This document shows positions 41,021-55,171 of a DNA stretch of 64,000 nucleotides, piece after piece. Both the position numbers and the translations under genes were made by a program. The DNA lies in assembly GCF_006345805.1 (NCBI RefSeq), contig NC_043002.1, positions 10,106,001 to 10,170,000 on the forward strand. The letters run 5' to 3'. The notes under the pieces are model-generated. The model saw only the letters and a program-made list of their open reading frames with translations, had not been told where the DNA came from and made no database searches. Each line of letters starts with the position of its first letter. The stretch's first letter is position 1. This stretch comes from Octopus sinensis. Taxonomy: Eukaryota.

Positions 41021-41484
41021 CAAAATATGGCGGTTTAGTTTACAGGTGTTCTAAATGATTAGGTACGCTAGGTGAATATTGCGTACGCTACCCTGTACAC
41101 AATATTCTTAGACAGCATACGCCAACACACTTTACTTTATCCTAAAGTCAATCCTTAAATTCCACTCCCTCACTCCATCTACTTCCCTATTTAATTACTT
41201 TACTTTTCTTTTACAACTTAATACCCACCTCCGCTACCATTTCGTTATTGAATGTCGATTTGTTCGCGTCTCTCTATCTCTGGATGTTAACCCGTATGTA
41301 TCTACGCAGGATTGTACCTAAGGACTTATGCTCGGGTTTTTAAAACATCGGAAATATTTAAACTATGAACTTTTATGTTTCCTCTCTCTTCGCTCTCTTC
41401 ATCTCCTTATTCCTTTACTCCCTTCCTCTATGCAGTCATCTCATTAAAATATACCACAATCATTTTCTCTATTTTCCCCAATTT

Positions 41485-41540
41485 GTCTCTGATGACTGAA
41501 TATCCCATACTCGGGGATATCCCCGAAACAGCTGTGAGAC
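41485..41540 (+). ncRNA. Type I hammerhead motif in a Penelope-like terminal repeat (~41020-41630)
   Basis: GUCU-CUGAUGA...AUAUCCC/GGGAUAU...GAAAC-AGCU-GUG-AGAC; the cleavage triplet reads GUG, which is not a cleavable NUH. Confidence 0.65.
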
Positions 41541-41673
41541 TTTGAACTTTATCCAATAATAATATTGTATACGGCTTGAGGTGTTTGCCTTGCCGTAATG
41601 TTTGTTGTCCTCTTTAACAATCATTTATATATATATAATTACATTTTATATATATATACATATATATATATAC

Positions 41674-41704
<31 letters not shown>

Positions 41705-41705
41705 C

Positions 41706-41757
<52 letters not shown>

Positions 41758-41776
41758 GTATATATATGTATGTGCC

Positions 41777-41807
<31 letters not shown>

Positions 41808-41830
41808 ATGTATATATATATGTATATATA

Positions 41831-41876
<46 letters not shown>

Positions 41877-41925
41877 TATATATATATATATGTATATATA
41901 TGTATGTATATATATATATATATAT

Positions 41926-41992
<67 letters not shown>

Positions 41993-42162
41993 TGTATGCA
42001 TGTTTTTATGTATGAATTTAAATAAAGAGAAAGCAAATCATGAAAATTTTCACAACATGAATATTCAAATATGAATATATAGATATTTATATATTAACAG
42101 TGCAAACTTACACGGATTACAAGTCTCAGAAAACTTAAAGATGGGCAGGTACGGTGCTACAA

Positions 42163-42253
42163 GTGCGACAGCTGTTTCCAGAGGTTCGGATTTACTTCAT
42201 GATGATTGCAGAAATATGCAGCCATTGATAATAATATTTTTCGTGTTCAGCAC
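42163..42253 (-). ncRNA. Degenerate hammerhead remnant
   Basis: GUG-CUGAACA...GAAAC-AGCU-GUC-GCAC; same palindromic stem III as 41525-41536. Confidence 0.35.
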
Positions 42254-42616
42254 GAAGCAAATAGACATGGATTCTGGTCTTCAAGGTGGAGAGATAAAAT
42301 GTAACATTTCAGGTCAAGAGACTGGAAAATTTATTGGTATCGTGGGTGAAGAGGAGGGCAAGCACTAGTGGAAAGATGATGTGGTGGTTCGAGTGTGGTG
42401 AGGGGAGTGTAGTGAGGGGAGTGCGGAAGCAAGGACGAGCATGAAGAGATAACAGAGTCAGTACAGGAAAATGGAAGGGTGAGTTATCAAGTTATTGAGA
42501 GAAGTATAGAAGAGTATTGGTAGATATATGGAAGGGGTGGGATGGGTGTATTTGAAGGGCTGTCGTTGTTGTAGATTTTGAGAATAGAAGTTTCCAGTGA
42601 TGCACACACACACGCG

Positions 42617-42659
<43 letters not shown>

Positions 42660-43386
42660 ATATAAATATGATTTAAAATTTACCGACCCGGAATTTCACT
42701 GTTCCAATCTTCTTTTTCGAAAGAAATGGAACAGGAAGCATTGTTTAGAGAAAAATGTTTAGAGAACGAAAACAAATTTCACAAATTTCCAATCAGCTAA
42801 TTAAAAAACAAAACCAACAAATCAAATGAATAATTATATTATAATTAAATTACATTTGTCATAGTTATATTAGAAAATATGTTAAGAAATACCTTATACT
42901 CTGCTGTTCTAAAACATAGCTCCATTATTAAAGAACGAAAAGTATATGAGAAATGAAAGGAAGAGAAATATAAATAATAGCATACACAGTGAGAACTTAT
43001 TCACCAATAAACTGAGCTGAAAAAATGTCCATTCAGGAAATTAAAATGAAGTATATAACATCATAACAAGCACGAAGAAGTTTGAAAGAAAATAAAACAT
43101 AGAAAAGAAAATCGAAAATGAAAGCTATACAACGCGAGAGTGTGAAAACCTTTTCATTGAACGTTTTAATATGACAGTCGCCACTTTATCTATTTATTTT
43201 CGAAATTTATGGAGTACTTATTGTGTTTTATATATACAGTTTTAACGATTATAAGTTCTTTATTCAACATGCTTTTTCTGCCGATAATAAAACTTTACGC
43301 GTTAAGCTACGATGACGTATTCGCCCATTTCTTTTGTTACCATACTGTGATAAAGAATATACAAAAGCAAGTACACACCAAGCTAT

Positions 43387-44390
43387 ATTAAGTTGGCAAG
43401 AAATTAATTTTGGTTTTAAAGTGTGATATGAAATTCATTTTTTTCATACAAAGAATTATTTTTAATCAATTATATATTCTCCGTTTTCTTCCATGAGGCT
43501 TTACCATTTATCTGGCCACTTCATGATTCCGCGCTCGTAGAACTCCCGGTCTTTATTCAGCCCCAAATTGAAGCAAGTGTGATTTTAGGCCATCATCATT
43601 ATTGAAAGTTTTAACATCAAAAGAATTTTGCAAACTTCGAAATAAATGGTAATCTGATGGAGCAAGATAAGAGCTATCTGGTGAATGTGACATGATTTTC
43701 CAACCAAGCTCCAATAATTTTTCTCAAGTTAGCAAAGACGTGTGTGGTCAGCGTTGTCATGGTGGAACACGATTCCTTTACGATTTGCCAATTCTGGTCG
43801 TTTTCATTTGATTGCCTTCTCCTGTTTCATTAGTTGTTGAGAGTAAATATCTGAATTGATCATTTGGTTCTTTGGAAGCAGCTCAGAATACACAACACCT
43901 TTGTAATCCCACCAAATTGATAGCATGACCTATTTTATGCAATTTCGCTTTCGATGTGGTTTCTGCTGATTACGCTCGGACCATGACAGTTTTGGATTGA
44001 TGTTATGATAGACAATGCATTTTTTATCACCAGCGATGATTAGCTTCAAGAAGAGATTGCTTTCTTTGCGTTTTAGATGCTTATCGGAAAAATTGATTCG
44101 GTGTGTCATGTGAATCTGTTTCAATTTATGTGGAACCCAGATATCGAACTTCTTAACGAGTCCAAGACATCTTAAGTGATTTTCAGTTGTTGTGTGGGAT
44201 ACATTTACCCTCACTGCTATCTCCCTCACAGTTATATGACAATCAGATTCAATTATGGCTTTGATTCTGTCATCATCAACTTCAGTAAGTCGATCAGAAA
44301 GTTGGTCATCTTTTAGTGAAAAATCTCTAGGACGGAATTTTTAAATCCACTTCTGACATGTGCTTTCTATTAATCGGCCAACATCATAAA
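43387..44390 (-). mobile_element. mariner transposase pseudogene
   Basis: WVPHKL, FLKLIIAGDKKCIVYHN, HDNA, LAPSDYHLFRSLQN, FYERGIMKWPDKW. Confidence 0.88.
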
Positions 44391-45612
44391 CTAGTAAAAC
44401 GTGTAGGCTTCCTACTTAGCATGTCATGTAATCTTTGCCTCTTCTCCCCGGTTTGCTATTGTAATGGTTGGTAGTTGCAGTTGTGTCAACAATCATCCTC
44501 ACACTGAAAATTCATGTCTTTGAAAATAGTTTTTTTTTTTGTTAGAATCATGCGCGACTCATGCATTTCTTTTCTAACCTTTCCTGCCAGAGATTGAACA
44601 AGGGATTCGCGCTTATTCGTTTATTCATTTATTGTTACTGAAATGGAACTGGGGGCTATTGAAAACCGACACGTGAGACAAAAAAGAGCTGTGCATGCAA
44701 TTTTTCGAAATATGTGTGACTGAGAATGCTCTATCAGAATGATGCTGATCCGAATCATTATGTCGCTATTATATTTTGTTTTTATACGTTTAATTGACAT
44801 TTCTGAAATTAATGTAATTAATTACTAGCACAAAAATGCTTTTAAAGTCAAATTAAATTTATCTGATGAAATTTCAGAATTTTTTCTCATAAAGTACGAC
44901 CTACTTTCTCGCACCCAGTTTACTTTGCTTCGAATATAATACTTGCCAATTGAATGAATCCATATGCATATGAACGTATACATATGTATATACGCGTGTA
45001 TATATATATAACTATAGACGCATCAGTTTATCTGTATACATGTCTATATATGTGTTTGAATATATTCATGTGTGTAACTGCAATTGTAACATTATGTGTA
45101 ATTGAGAATGTAGCTGTTTATAAAGTTAACCATGTAACGTTCAGGTTGACGTATGTCAATTTTTATTGCTTTAAAAGAATAAAAAAGTAAGACATATTAT
45201 TAGCTCTCTTGTATGAACATATTAACGATTTTCGCCCAATATATGATCAACTTTACATAACCGATGCCAAAAAAGACATTAAATGCCATACAAAAGTACG
45301 AAAAAGCTCAGGATGTTTATATAATATGATGAACACAATGGCAGTTCTGTGTTATCACAACGAAGGTACAAAATTAATAAGCATTTGAGAAATTTGAGGG
45401 TTGATTACATTAACCTCAGTGAGAAACTGGTATTTATTTTATTTACTGCGAAAGAATGAAAGGCAAAGACGACTGCAGTGGAATTAGAACTGACGGAAGA
45501 GATGTTGCCAAGCATTTTGTCCGGCTCCTAACGACTTTCACATTGCCATCTTAAAAATTGATTTGCTTATTTAAATCGGCAGTACCTATACTAACCCTAA
45601 TCCTAACCCTAA

Positions 45613-47650
45613 GTGTCCACAGTTTTATCTAGTCAGCTACAGTGACCACAAGATGGTTACCTGTAAGCTGACAGTAGATAAGTAGCATAGACAGGGATCT
45701 GGCAACTGGAAACTCAATACGTACCTTTTTGGTGATTGAGGAGTACAGAAAGCGGATCAAGATGTTAATACAGAGGGCATTAACAGGTACCATCATTAAT
45801 AACAAATGATGGTACGCCCTAAAAAGAGCCATAAAATATGAGTCTATTAGGTTTTAGCATAAGTTTACCTAAGAAGGGACGGATAATAAGCGATGGTCTA
45901 GTTAAGGAACTAGAAGAAGCCTGCAGGACTGGTAATGCGGACCAAGTGAAGGTGAAGAGACTGGAGTTGAACCAGCATCTTGAAGCCCAACACATGGGAA
46001 GTATTATCAGAGCTAAGTTACGTGTGATGGGAAGTGAAGGAATGAAGGCTGCTGGATGGGCCCGAGTGGTGGAAGCTCGGCAAGGAAATAGTTCCACTAT
46101 TCGGTCTTTGACGAATCAAAATGGTGTCTTGGTAAACGAACCCGAGGAAATGTGTGAGGCCATTTGGGATTACTTCGTTCAGCTGTTCGGGGGTAATGGC
46201 GGTCTTGATTGTGGGGGAGTCCTCGAGGACGTTCTTGCCGGGCTGCCGTGCCTCTCGGGGTCGGATGCGGAGTCTTGCGAAGGGCCGATGACGCCTGTGG
46301 AGGTGATGGAGGCTATGGCCGATTGTAAAGCGGGTAAGTCGCCGGGACTTGATGGTCTCCAGTACGAGCTGTATAAATGTATGCCAAACTTGTTCGGGCA
46401 CCTACTGGCTGACGTGTACGCGAACTGGCAACAGAATGGGTTTATCCTCAGATCTGTGCGCCGGGGAGTAGTGATGTTGGACACAAAGGACCCGGACAAA
46501 GGGGATGTTAGATAACTTCAGGCCCATCACTCTGTTTAGTGAAGATTTTGGCCAAAGTCTTAGCAAAAATGTTGGCGCGTGTCGCGAACGGTATAGTCGG
46601 GGAGGCACAGACATGTGCCATCCCAGGCAGAGCCATTAAGATAATCTCCACCTTATTCGCTATACCATAGAGAGGGTTGTTGATACATCTGGCAAAGGTG
46701 GGGCATTGGTACATTTGGACCTGTCTAAAGCTTTTGATAGTGTTGACCATCGATACCTGCGACTGTGCTTTCGCTGTTCGGCCTAGGCCTTGGCTTCCTC
46801 AGGTGGTTTATCGCTTTGTATCACAACACTGACTCGATAGTTCGGGTGAAAAGTTTTTCCTTTCGAAGCCGTTCTGCATCAGTCTCTCGGTTCGTCAAGG
46901 ATGTCCGCTCTCACCACTTTTGTATGTAAGTTTTTGCGAATGGGAAACCTGGTGTTTTCGTAGACCGAGGTCGAGTGAATGGCATAAAGAGTGCCGTAAG
47001 GCCCTCCTGCTATTCCCGTGCTTGGGCAACGCCAGCAGTGAAGGTTCTGCACGAATTTTATATAGTGGGTTGGTAGTGTCTGAATGTGACGATTACCTGT
47101 GGACGACTCTAGGTCTCGGATATTTTCAACTGGACAGCTTATTCCATCGTACATTTGGGTTGAGAACGTTGGACAACTTCCAAAAGCCCTTGACCTGGAA
47201 ATGTTACAGAGGTGCCTTGCCCGTTTGGGATAAGCTCGCAAAACATGACAAGCGTCAGTCTCCGACCTGTCCAAGATGCGAGGGAGACGCCATTGTCCGG
47301 TCTCGGAGATATCTGAAATGTGGGTTTATGCTGAACACCTGTTGTCCGGCGAAGGAAGGGTACGGCTGTCGACTGAGTCAATTATAAAAATTGACCCACC
47401 GGAAGTTTTAACAAACGAAGGTAAGAATTGTTTTCTCAAGGTTGTAGCAATAGCGAAAGAGGCAGTATGGAACACTAGGATAAAAGTGATTAAGACAGAT
47501 AACTTTATCTCCGGCCACGATTTACGATAATTTTTTACTTTTCATTTGAAAAGGAAGGTGTGGTGGAGAAGATGTATCTGTCGGAGATTTTGCTGAAAAA
47601 GAGATGGAAGCATGTTACACGAGTGTTGTGCGTGCAAGTATTCCGGGTAG
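45613..47650 (+). mobile_element. Tx1/L1-like LINE, decayed, internal deletion at ~46925
   Basis: SYSDHK...GNWKLNT, KSPGLDGLQYELY, NFRPITL, LDLSKAFDSVDH, SVRQGCPLSPLLY, TCPRC knuckle. Confidence 0.88.
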
Positions 47651-49665
47651 GCCACTGTGACATACTTCTGTATTTTATGCGTAATAATCGAGTCGACCAC
47701 TAAATGTTAATATTGTTCAAATGATCGACTTTTCGTAGGAATTACTGCAGCAACAATATTAAAGAAATACGGAATATAATGAGATATTTTATTTGTGCTT
47801 CTTTACTAACAGATGTATGCATTACCGGTAACGTTGTTCCTTCTTTAAATCTTCCCAAAAGTGTTACGAATGCTCCATTTGGTAAGATTCAATATTCTTA
47901 AGTTTTCATCTTTGATAATCAACATGATGAGTGTATAAGATCCTGATATACTCCCATTTAAAGCCTCCATGTCTTCTTTCCATGCAGCATGCAAAATAAT
48001 TTTTCGTCATATTCATAAAACTTTTCACTCTTCTTAGTTACCGGTCGGTAAACGTCTTATATCACAAGACCTTTCTAATAAAAATTGTTAACTTATCGAT
48101 CCCCATCATCTAGAGTTCTATTACAGAATTAACATCTACAATTATCAATAAAATATTCTGGATTAAAACATTAACCTTCGTTCTTTTGCGTAAATAGCAC
48201 ATTTCAATGAGAAATATTTAAAGAAAATGAATGAAAATACGAAGCGAATTTGAAAGGAAAATACTATAAAAATTCACTCTAAATACTATATTTGACTACT
48301 AAATACTATATTTGACTGGAAATTAATTATTTCGCTTTTCTAGATACCGTTCGCTAATCATCCTGCACGCTTAATGCTCAAAGTCGCTTCAGCTTCTTAT
48401 CGGTCTCTTGGTTAGCAACAAAGACAACTAGGGGTCAATATTCACAGCTGTGCTGGTCCCTGCACATGAGCGCTTTCGTCATTCACATGATTACGAAACT
48501 TGCTAAGACCTAGCAATCTTATATCATAATTAAAGGAATTTAATTCAAACAGAATTTATACTAGACCACATTTGCTAAACCACTGAGCCATATCGTGAAA
48601 AAGGAAACTAACCTGTATTTTCAGCCGTCATAAATGAATTTCTTTAAAGGGTTGTCCAGTATGTTACCATTCAAGTTGTTTTTGTGATGAGTGTAACGTG
48701 ATAACATGTGTCAACTTAGTAACGAGAACGATGAAAACCTGTAAGTAAAAAACACTTTCTTCTCATTTTGCATAACAGACAAGTCACGTAATATTTTCTT
48801 TTTAATGTGTAAATACTTACATTTTCTACATTTACTAGTGAGAATATAGTTATTTTGTTTCGTAAACATTTCTAACATATAGAGAATTAATTATGGATGT
48901 AAGTGGATAAAGTGACTATGAGGAGAAAACATGTAGAAACCTTTCTACAAAGTTGTTTTTCAGAATGTGCAAAGCCTCTGATGGAATGAAAAACGCATAC
49001 TGCAGTGATGTTCTGTTAAAAATAGGCGAAAGCTGCAGATACAAAACAGTTGATGGTGGAAATCGTCCAATGAGGGAAGATGCTTAACATTCGATTAACA
49101 TTTAGGTTTAAAATGGATTACTATACCATGAAAATAAAACTCAAAATTTATTATTACTTTAATGTTTGGTTGCTTAACTATTTTTCTTTTTGCTTTAATA
49201 AGATTAAGGCTATTTAATCGAGCGAGGAATCTCTCCAGGTCAAGCAGCTATTTTGCAATAAGAGTCAGCATAGCACCAGTACTTTGGATATACGGTTAGA
49301 ATGATATAGGAAAGACTCAAGGGGGCGTGTGCTTTAAGGCAACAATTTGCAGTAGACTTAGGGTTAGATAAAAAACGAGAGGATTGCATAATATCCATAG
49401 ACTCAGTTGGTTACGCATGTTTGTGATTAATAGATAAAATATATTATATTTACTTCACCTGGATCAACTATATAGGTCAGAATTTCTCATGTTGTGTCGG
49501 TTCCCCACGCCGCAGCATTCGCTACATTCTCCTCGTTTTCTCACCATTCTTCTACATGTTGTACCAAACATTTTTAAAATCTTCTCACCCGTTTGAAGGT
49601 CTTCCGATTGGACGCTTCCAATTGTGCGGATACATACATACATACATACATACATACATCCATAC

Positions 49666-49729
<64 letters not shown>

Positions 49730-49859
49730 CGGGAAGCTTTAAGAAAATAAACAAAAGACGAAGGCAGGTGGAATACAAACAAACAATTGTATTAGTATGG
49801 CGCTCAGGAATATAAATAAAACAAGTCTTTTATTTATATATATATACATATATACATAC

Positions 49860-49985
49860 CAGATCCACTCACGAGGCTTTCGTCGACCCGAGGCTATAGT
49901 AGAAGACACTTGCCCAAGGTGCCACGCAGTGGTACTGAATCCGGAACCATGTGGTTGGTAAGCAAGCTACTTACCACACAGCCAC
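49860..49985 (-). mobile_element. SINE family A, 5' part
   Basis: Reverse complement of the family A head. Confidence 0.85.
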
Positions 49986-50940
49986 ATATATACATACATA
50001 TATACGTATTCTTTTATTTGTTTGAGTCATTTGTCTGCGGCCATGACGGTTGTAACATCAGTTTGAACACACCCTCCTAAACAAAGATTATCAAAGCTGA
50101 CTCGTTTGTAGAAAACCGTCTGGACGTTTAAGTAGGGGATAATCTATGAGTGGTGTGGGAGGAATACGGCTGTCAGATTCTCAGAGCTTGTTGAGAAAAT
50201 GTTTAGATGAAGCGCATCTTGTGTGTATAAAGGTAATTAATATACAGTTTGGAGTATAGCGACTGTACACAGAATTCTTCATTAAAGCTACCCATGCGTA
50301 AAATTTGTGCAAAGTTTCTCAGGGGTATCAGTAATGACCCTGTTGGTAACCAACAACCTGAGAGAGAAGGGCTTCAAAATTGTCCTACCGTCAAGATTTT
50401 GCCCTCTGTGACTTTTGGTTGCTCCACAAGCTGAAGGTGCATTGCGAGCGTTGTCGTTTCGACGCTGGTGTAAATTATAACGAGGTTGCTGGACATCTTT
50501 ACTTTGGACAAGATTCAGGGTAGCCTTCTATTTTGAAAAAAAAAACATTTCTGTTTTGTATTTATTTCAAATTAATAAGTGTCTCACATGTAAAAGCTAG
50601 CAGGATTCTAGAATTCACCTTGTGTGTGTGAGATTGTGCGTATCCTTGTCTAGCGAAATACGTAATATATCTGAGTTTTATATATGGGATAAAATTTAAA
50701 GAAGGTTTGTTTTGAGTTCATCATTTTATGTAGTATCTTCAATGTGTGTGCTTTCTGCATACGGAATGTGAATGCTGTTTGTACAGAAATATGTATTAAT
50801 TTGAACCGAAGTATCAAGTGAGACAACATGTATTAAGAGACAGAAAAAGAATCAAGTGAGAAAACATCAACATGATCAGCTGGTTAGCATAGTCTTAACA
50901 TTGACATCGGGGTTTGTAGTAAATGTCAGTATTCATACCG

Positions 50941-51450
50941 ACTGGGGAAAGTAAAAACATGTTTTGTGCATAAGATGAATAATTTATTCAGCTGACAAGA
51001 CTATAAGGGATCAGTATATTGAGATAAACATTGAAACACATTGAGTGTTTAAAAGTTTGATGTTTGGGAGAAATAAGAACAAGTATGCACCATCAGAGAG
51101 GTCAGCTACCAAGATAGAATTCAAGATCAACAGGAAAGAGGATAATTTGGGCAACTATTTCGAAATCTTTAATTTCTATACCTAGATGATAATTTCTATA
51201 CCTAACTGGTAAAAGTTAGAACATGTTTTGTGCATAAGATGAATAATTTATTCCGCTGACAAGACTATAAGTGATCAGTATATTGAGATAAACATTGAAA
51301 CACATTAAGTGTTTAAAAGTTTGATGTTTGGAGAAATAATAACAAGTATGCCCCATCGGAGAGGTCAGCTACCAAGATAGAATTCAAGATCAAAAGGAAA
51401 GAGGATAATTTGGACAGCTATTTCGAAATCTTTAATTTCTATACCTAGAT
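50941..51450 (+). repeat. ~260-bp tandem duplication (repeated at 55529-56044)
   Basis: ACATGTTTTGTGCATAAGATG...AATTTCTATACCTAGAT occurs twice. Confidence 0.9.
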
Positions 51451-51927
51451 TATAAATTCACATTTAACCAATGATAATTACTGCTTTAGGTTTTGTGAGT
51501 TAATACAATTAGATTATCACCACCTGGTCTGGAGCAACAAAGTTTGCTAATTATGATATTATATATCAGTGGGTGAATAGAATGGAATGGTGTTGGTATT
51601 TACGTACTACATATGTTACAAAGGAATGGCCAAAGGGAGGTTACGTATTCTTAAGTTATTAAGCAGGTGTTCTGTGTTCTTTCTCGTCGAGTAGTCTTTT
51701 ATACTTCATTAAGATGTTCATTGTCAAAAAGAATTAAATACTTAAATAATCCTTCTTTCGAAGCTTAATAATCTGCTGACGAATTGGCAACGGAGTAAGT
51801 GGCATTATATTAACAAAGTACACTGCAGATATTCTTACTAAAGTTTAGTGAACGAACCGTCACGTAAACAAATTCAAAACATTAGAGTTCGCCGGTTAAA
51901 TATACTAAAACACGGTGTAAAAGCAAC

Positions 51928-52147
51928 CGTTCTGATCATTTTGGCCGCCATGGGTTTTGCAGTAAATCACTAAATCATCCATAACTTTTGTATTATCCTC
52001 TCAAATTACACCAAAATCTCAGACAATAACAAATAATATCGTATTTATTGTCCGTGAAAATTATAGAATATAAAACAACTTTGATAAAAACTTATACTTA
52101 CTTTTCTGCCGAAAACAATGACGTTCTGAAAATTTTGGCCGCAACTG

Positions 52148-52149
<2 letters not shown>
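51928..52149 (-). mobile_element. Tc1-like terminus with internal direct repeat (duplicate at ~56520-56742)
   Basis: Minus strand TA|CAGTTGCGGCCAAAATTTTCAGAACG, with a second GCGGCCAAAATGATCAGAACG about 200 bp inside. Confidence 0.6.
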
Positions 52150-52244
<95 letters not shown>

Positions 52245-52593
52245 ATTAAAGTATGGTTACAGAACAAACAAATGTAAGGTCATCCACGTAACATCTCGAA
52301 CATTTAATCACATAATGCTTTTTCTTTCACATAGAATTTACATGCATAAAATCACGGAAGACGAAACACAACTCATCAATACAAGCATATAAGAAAAATA
52401 TAAGAAAAATGTGTGAATACAGTCCATCGTGGTTAAAGGTTAATGATTAATACTTTAGCGACTAAACTTTATATACGTAGCACGGTAGATTTTAAGGCTA
52501 GATATAGACTTCTTAAATACGAAACCACGCAATATTGTGTTAGGTTTGGTTAAGAAGGTCTCGCTCTGGTACGTGATGTCTGTTTCCTTATTT

Positions 52594-52675
52594 TTCCCCT
52601 GACGAAGGAGTAATTATCGTGATGCACCCACGTGCATTAAATACGGTGATGTACTCCTGAAATGACCATAGGGAA
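52594..52675 (+). ncRNA. Type I hammerhead ribozyme with extended stem II
   Basis: UUCCC-CUGACGA-AGGAGUA...UACUCCU-GAAA-UG-AC-C-AUA-GGGAA; canonical core, 5-bp stem I, 7-bp stem II plus inner helices. Confidence 0.8.
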
Positions 52676-53293
52676 TGTAAATATGGTCTCTTCTTTTTTG
52701 CTTGGACACTGGCTTTTAACTATAGGTTTCCTTATCTTGAAAAGTAATTTTTAATCCAAAAAAATTTCTAAACGATGAACTTTTATCTTACCTCAAATAT
52801 TATATATTACTTATTTTATGCTTCCTATATATATGTATTTTTATATCTTTTTATATATCTATATATTTATATATTTCTTTATATTTTTATGTATTTATCA
52901 TTCTAGGTGTTGTATTGTTAAAAAAAAATTTTTAGTCGCTAAAGTATTAATCATTAACCTTTAACCACGATGGACTGTATTCACACATTTTTCTTATATT
53001 TTTCTTATATGCTTGATTTGATGAGTTGTGTTTCGTCTTCCGTGATTTTATGCATGTATATTCTATGTGAAAGAAAAAGCATTATGTGATTAAATGTTCG
53101 AGATATGAAATGTTACGTGGATGACCCTGTATTTGTTTGTTCTGCAACCATAGTTTAATATATTTGTCTCATTTAATTGAGCACTTCTATAGCAGTCCTA
53201 TCAAATATTTTGTTCCTGATAAGAAACTATCACTTTATTATTGATGATGATTTCATTTGAATGAAACAGTACTAGTCCTGTAGAAGCTCCTTC

Positions 53294-53330
<37 letters not shown>

Positions 53331-53354
53331 ATATATATATATATATATACATAC

Positions 53355-53385
<31 letters not shown>

Positions 53386-53476
53386 CATACATATATATCT
53401 ATATACAACATATATATATATATATATACATACATATATATATATACAATATATATATACATACATATATATATAT

Positions 53477-53510
<34 letters not shown>

Positions 53511-53638
53511 ACATACATACATATATATATATACATACATATATATATATATATACATACATATATATATACAATACATATAATATATACATATATATAT
53601 ACACACATATATATATATATACATATATACATATAAAC

Positions 53639-53669
<31 letters not shown>

Positions 53670-53675
53670 CGTATA

Positions 53676-53738
<63 letters not shown>

Positions 53739-53817
53739 ATCCAAACAGAAACACAACAACACGAGGACGTGAACAAATAAGTATTATTGGGCGCTCAGGA
53801 AAGAGGGAAGAAGGAGG

Positions 53818-53852
53818 GTTTAACGTTTCGAGCGGATCTCTTCGTCGGAAAC
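53818..53852 (-). ncRNA. Minimal hammerhead-like motif (CCGACGA core); copies at 54811-54845 (+) and 58471-58505 (-)
   Basis: GUUU-CCGACGA-A-GAG-AUCCG-CUC-GAAAC-GUU-AAAC with palindromic AACGUU. Confidence 0.65.
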
Positions 53853-54291
53853 ACAGGAGAAGGAAATTCTCGAGAAGGAAGACAAAGGAAAAAAATCGCC
53901 AGCGGTACTCACGAGGTCACATATTGAAAGACCGGAAGTAGAAATGTGGAAGAATAATGTTTTTTAAAGACAGGAGAGTTTTCAAAGACAGTATGGTAAA
54001 GACAAGGAAGTGAGAAGGGGAATGTGTGTGGATGTGTGCGTGCGCGGAGGTCTGCGTGCGCGCGCGTGTGTGTATGTGTGTGCGTGTGTGTGTGTATGTG
54101 TGTATGGCGAACAACTGGCTAGTAGCTGGCCAGTATGTAAGAATAAGGAGACATATATAAATACATATAGATATGTACATATATATATACATATATATGT
54201 ATGTATATATATGTAAATATAGATATGTTTGTATATATATATATAATATAGGTATATATATATGTATGTATATCTATATATATATATATAT

Positions 54292-54331
<40 letters not shown>

Positions 54332-54933
54332 TATATATATATACATATAATATATATACATATTACATATATACATATATATATTTATAGATATACGTAC
54401 ATATATATATACCTATATATATATATATATACAAACATATCTATATTTACACATATATATACATACATATATATGTATATATATGTACATATCTATATGC
54501 ATTTATATATGTCTCCTTATTCTTACATACTGGCCAGCTACTAGCCAGTTGTTCGCCATACACACATACACACACACGCACACACATACACACACGCGCG
54601 CACACGCAGACCTCCGCGCACGCACACATCCACACACATTCCCCTTCTCACTTCCTTGTCTTTACCATACTGTCTTTGAAAACTCTCCTGTCTTTAAAAA
54701 ACATTATTCTTCCACCTTTCTACTTCCGGTCTTTCAATATGTGACCTCGTGAGTACCGCTGGCGATTTTTTTCCTTTGTCTTCCTTTCTCGAGATCTTTC
54801 CTTCTCCTGTGTTTCCGACGAAGAGATCCGCTCGAAACGTTAAACCCTCCTTCTTCCCTTCTTTCCTGAGCGTCCAATAATACTTTATTTGTTCCACGTC
54901 CTCGTGTTGTTGTGTTTTCTTGTTTGGATTAAC

Positions 54934-54980
<47 letters not shown>

Positions 54981-55140
54981 CGTATGTTATATATATATAT
55001 ATATATATATATATGTTTATATGTATATATATTATATATATATATATATATGTGTATATATATATGTATATATATATATGTATGTATATATATATGTATG
55101 TATATATCTATATATGTATGTATATATATATATATGTATG

Positions 55141-55171
<31 letters not shown>

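Noticed and set aside
50050-50520. pogo/Tigger transposase remnant on the minus strand (ENLTAVFLP-like)
   Set aside because: Too degraded to support without a homology search.
50941-51450. CRISPR-like or regular repeat array
   Set aside because: Only two long units with no spacers, in a eukaryotic context.
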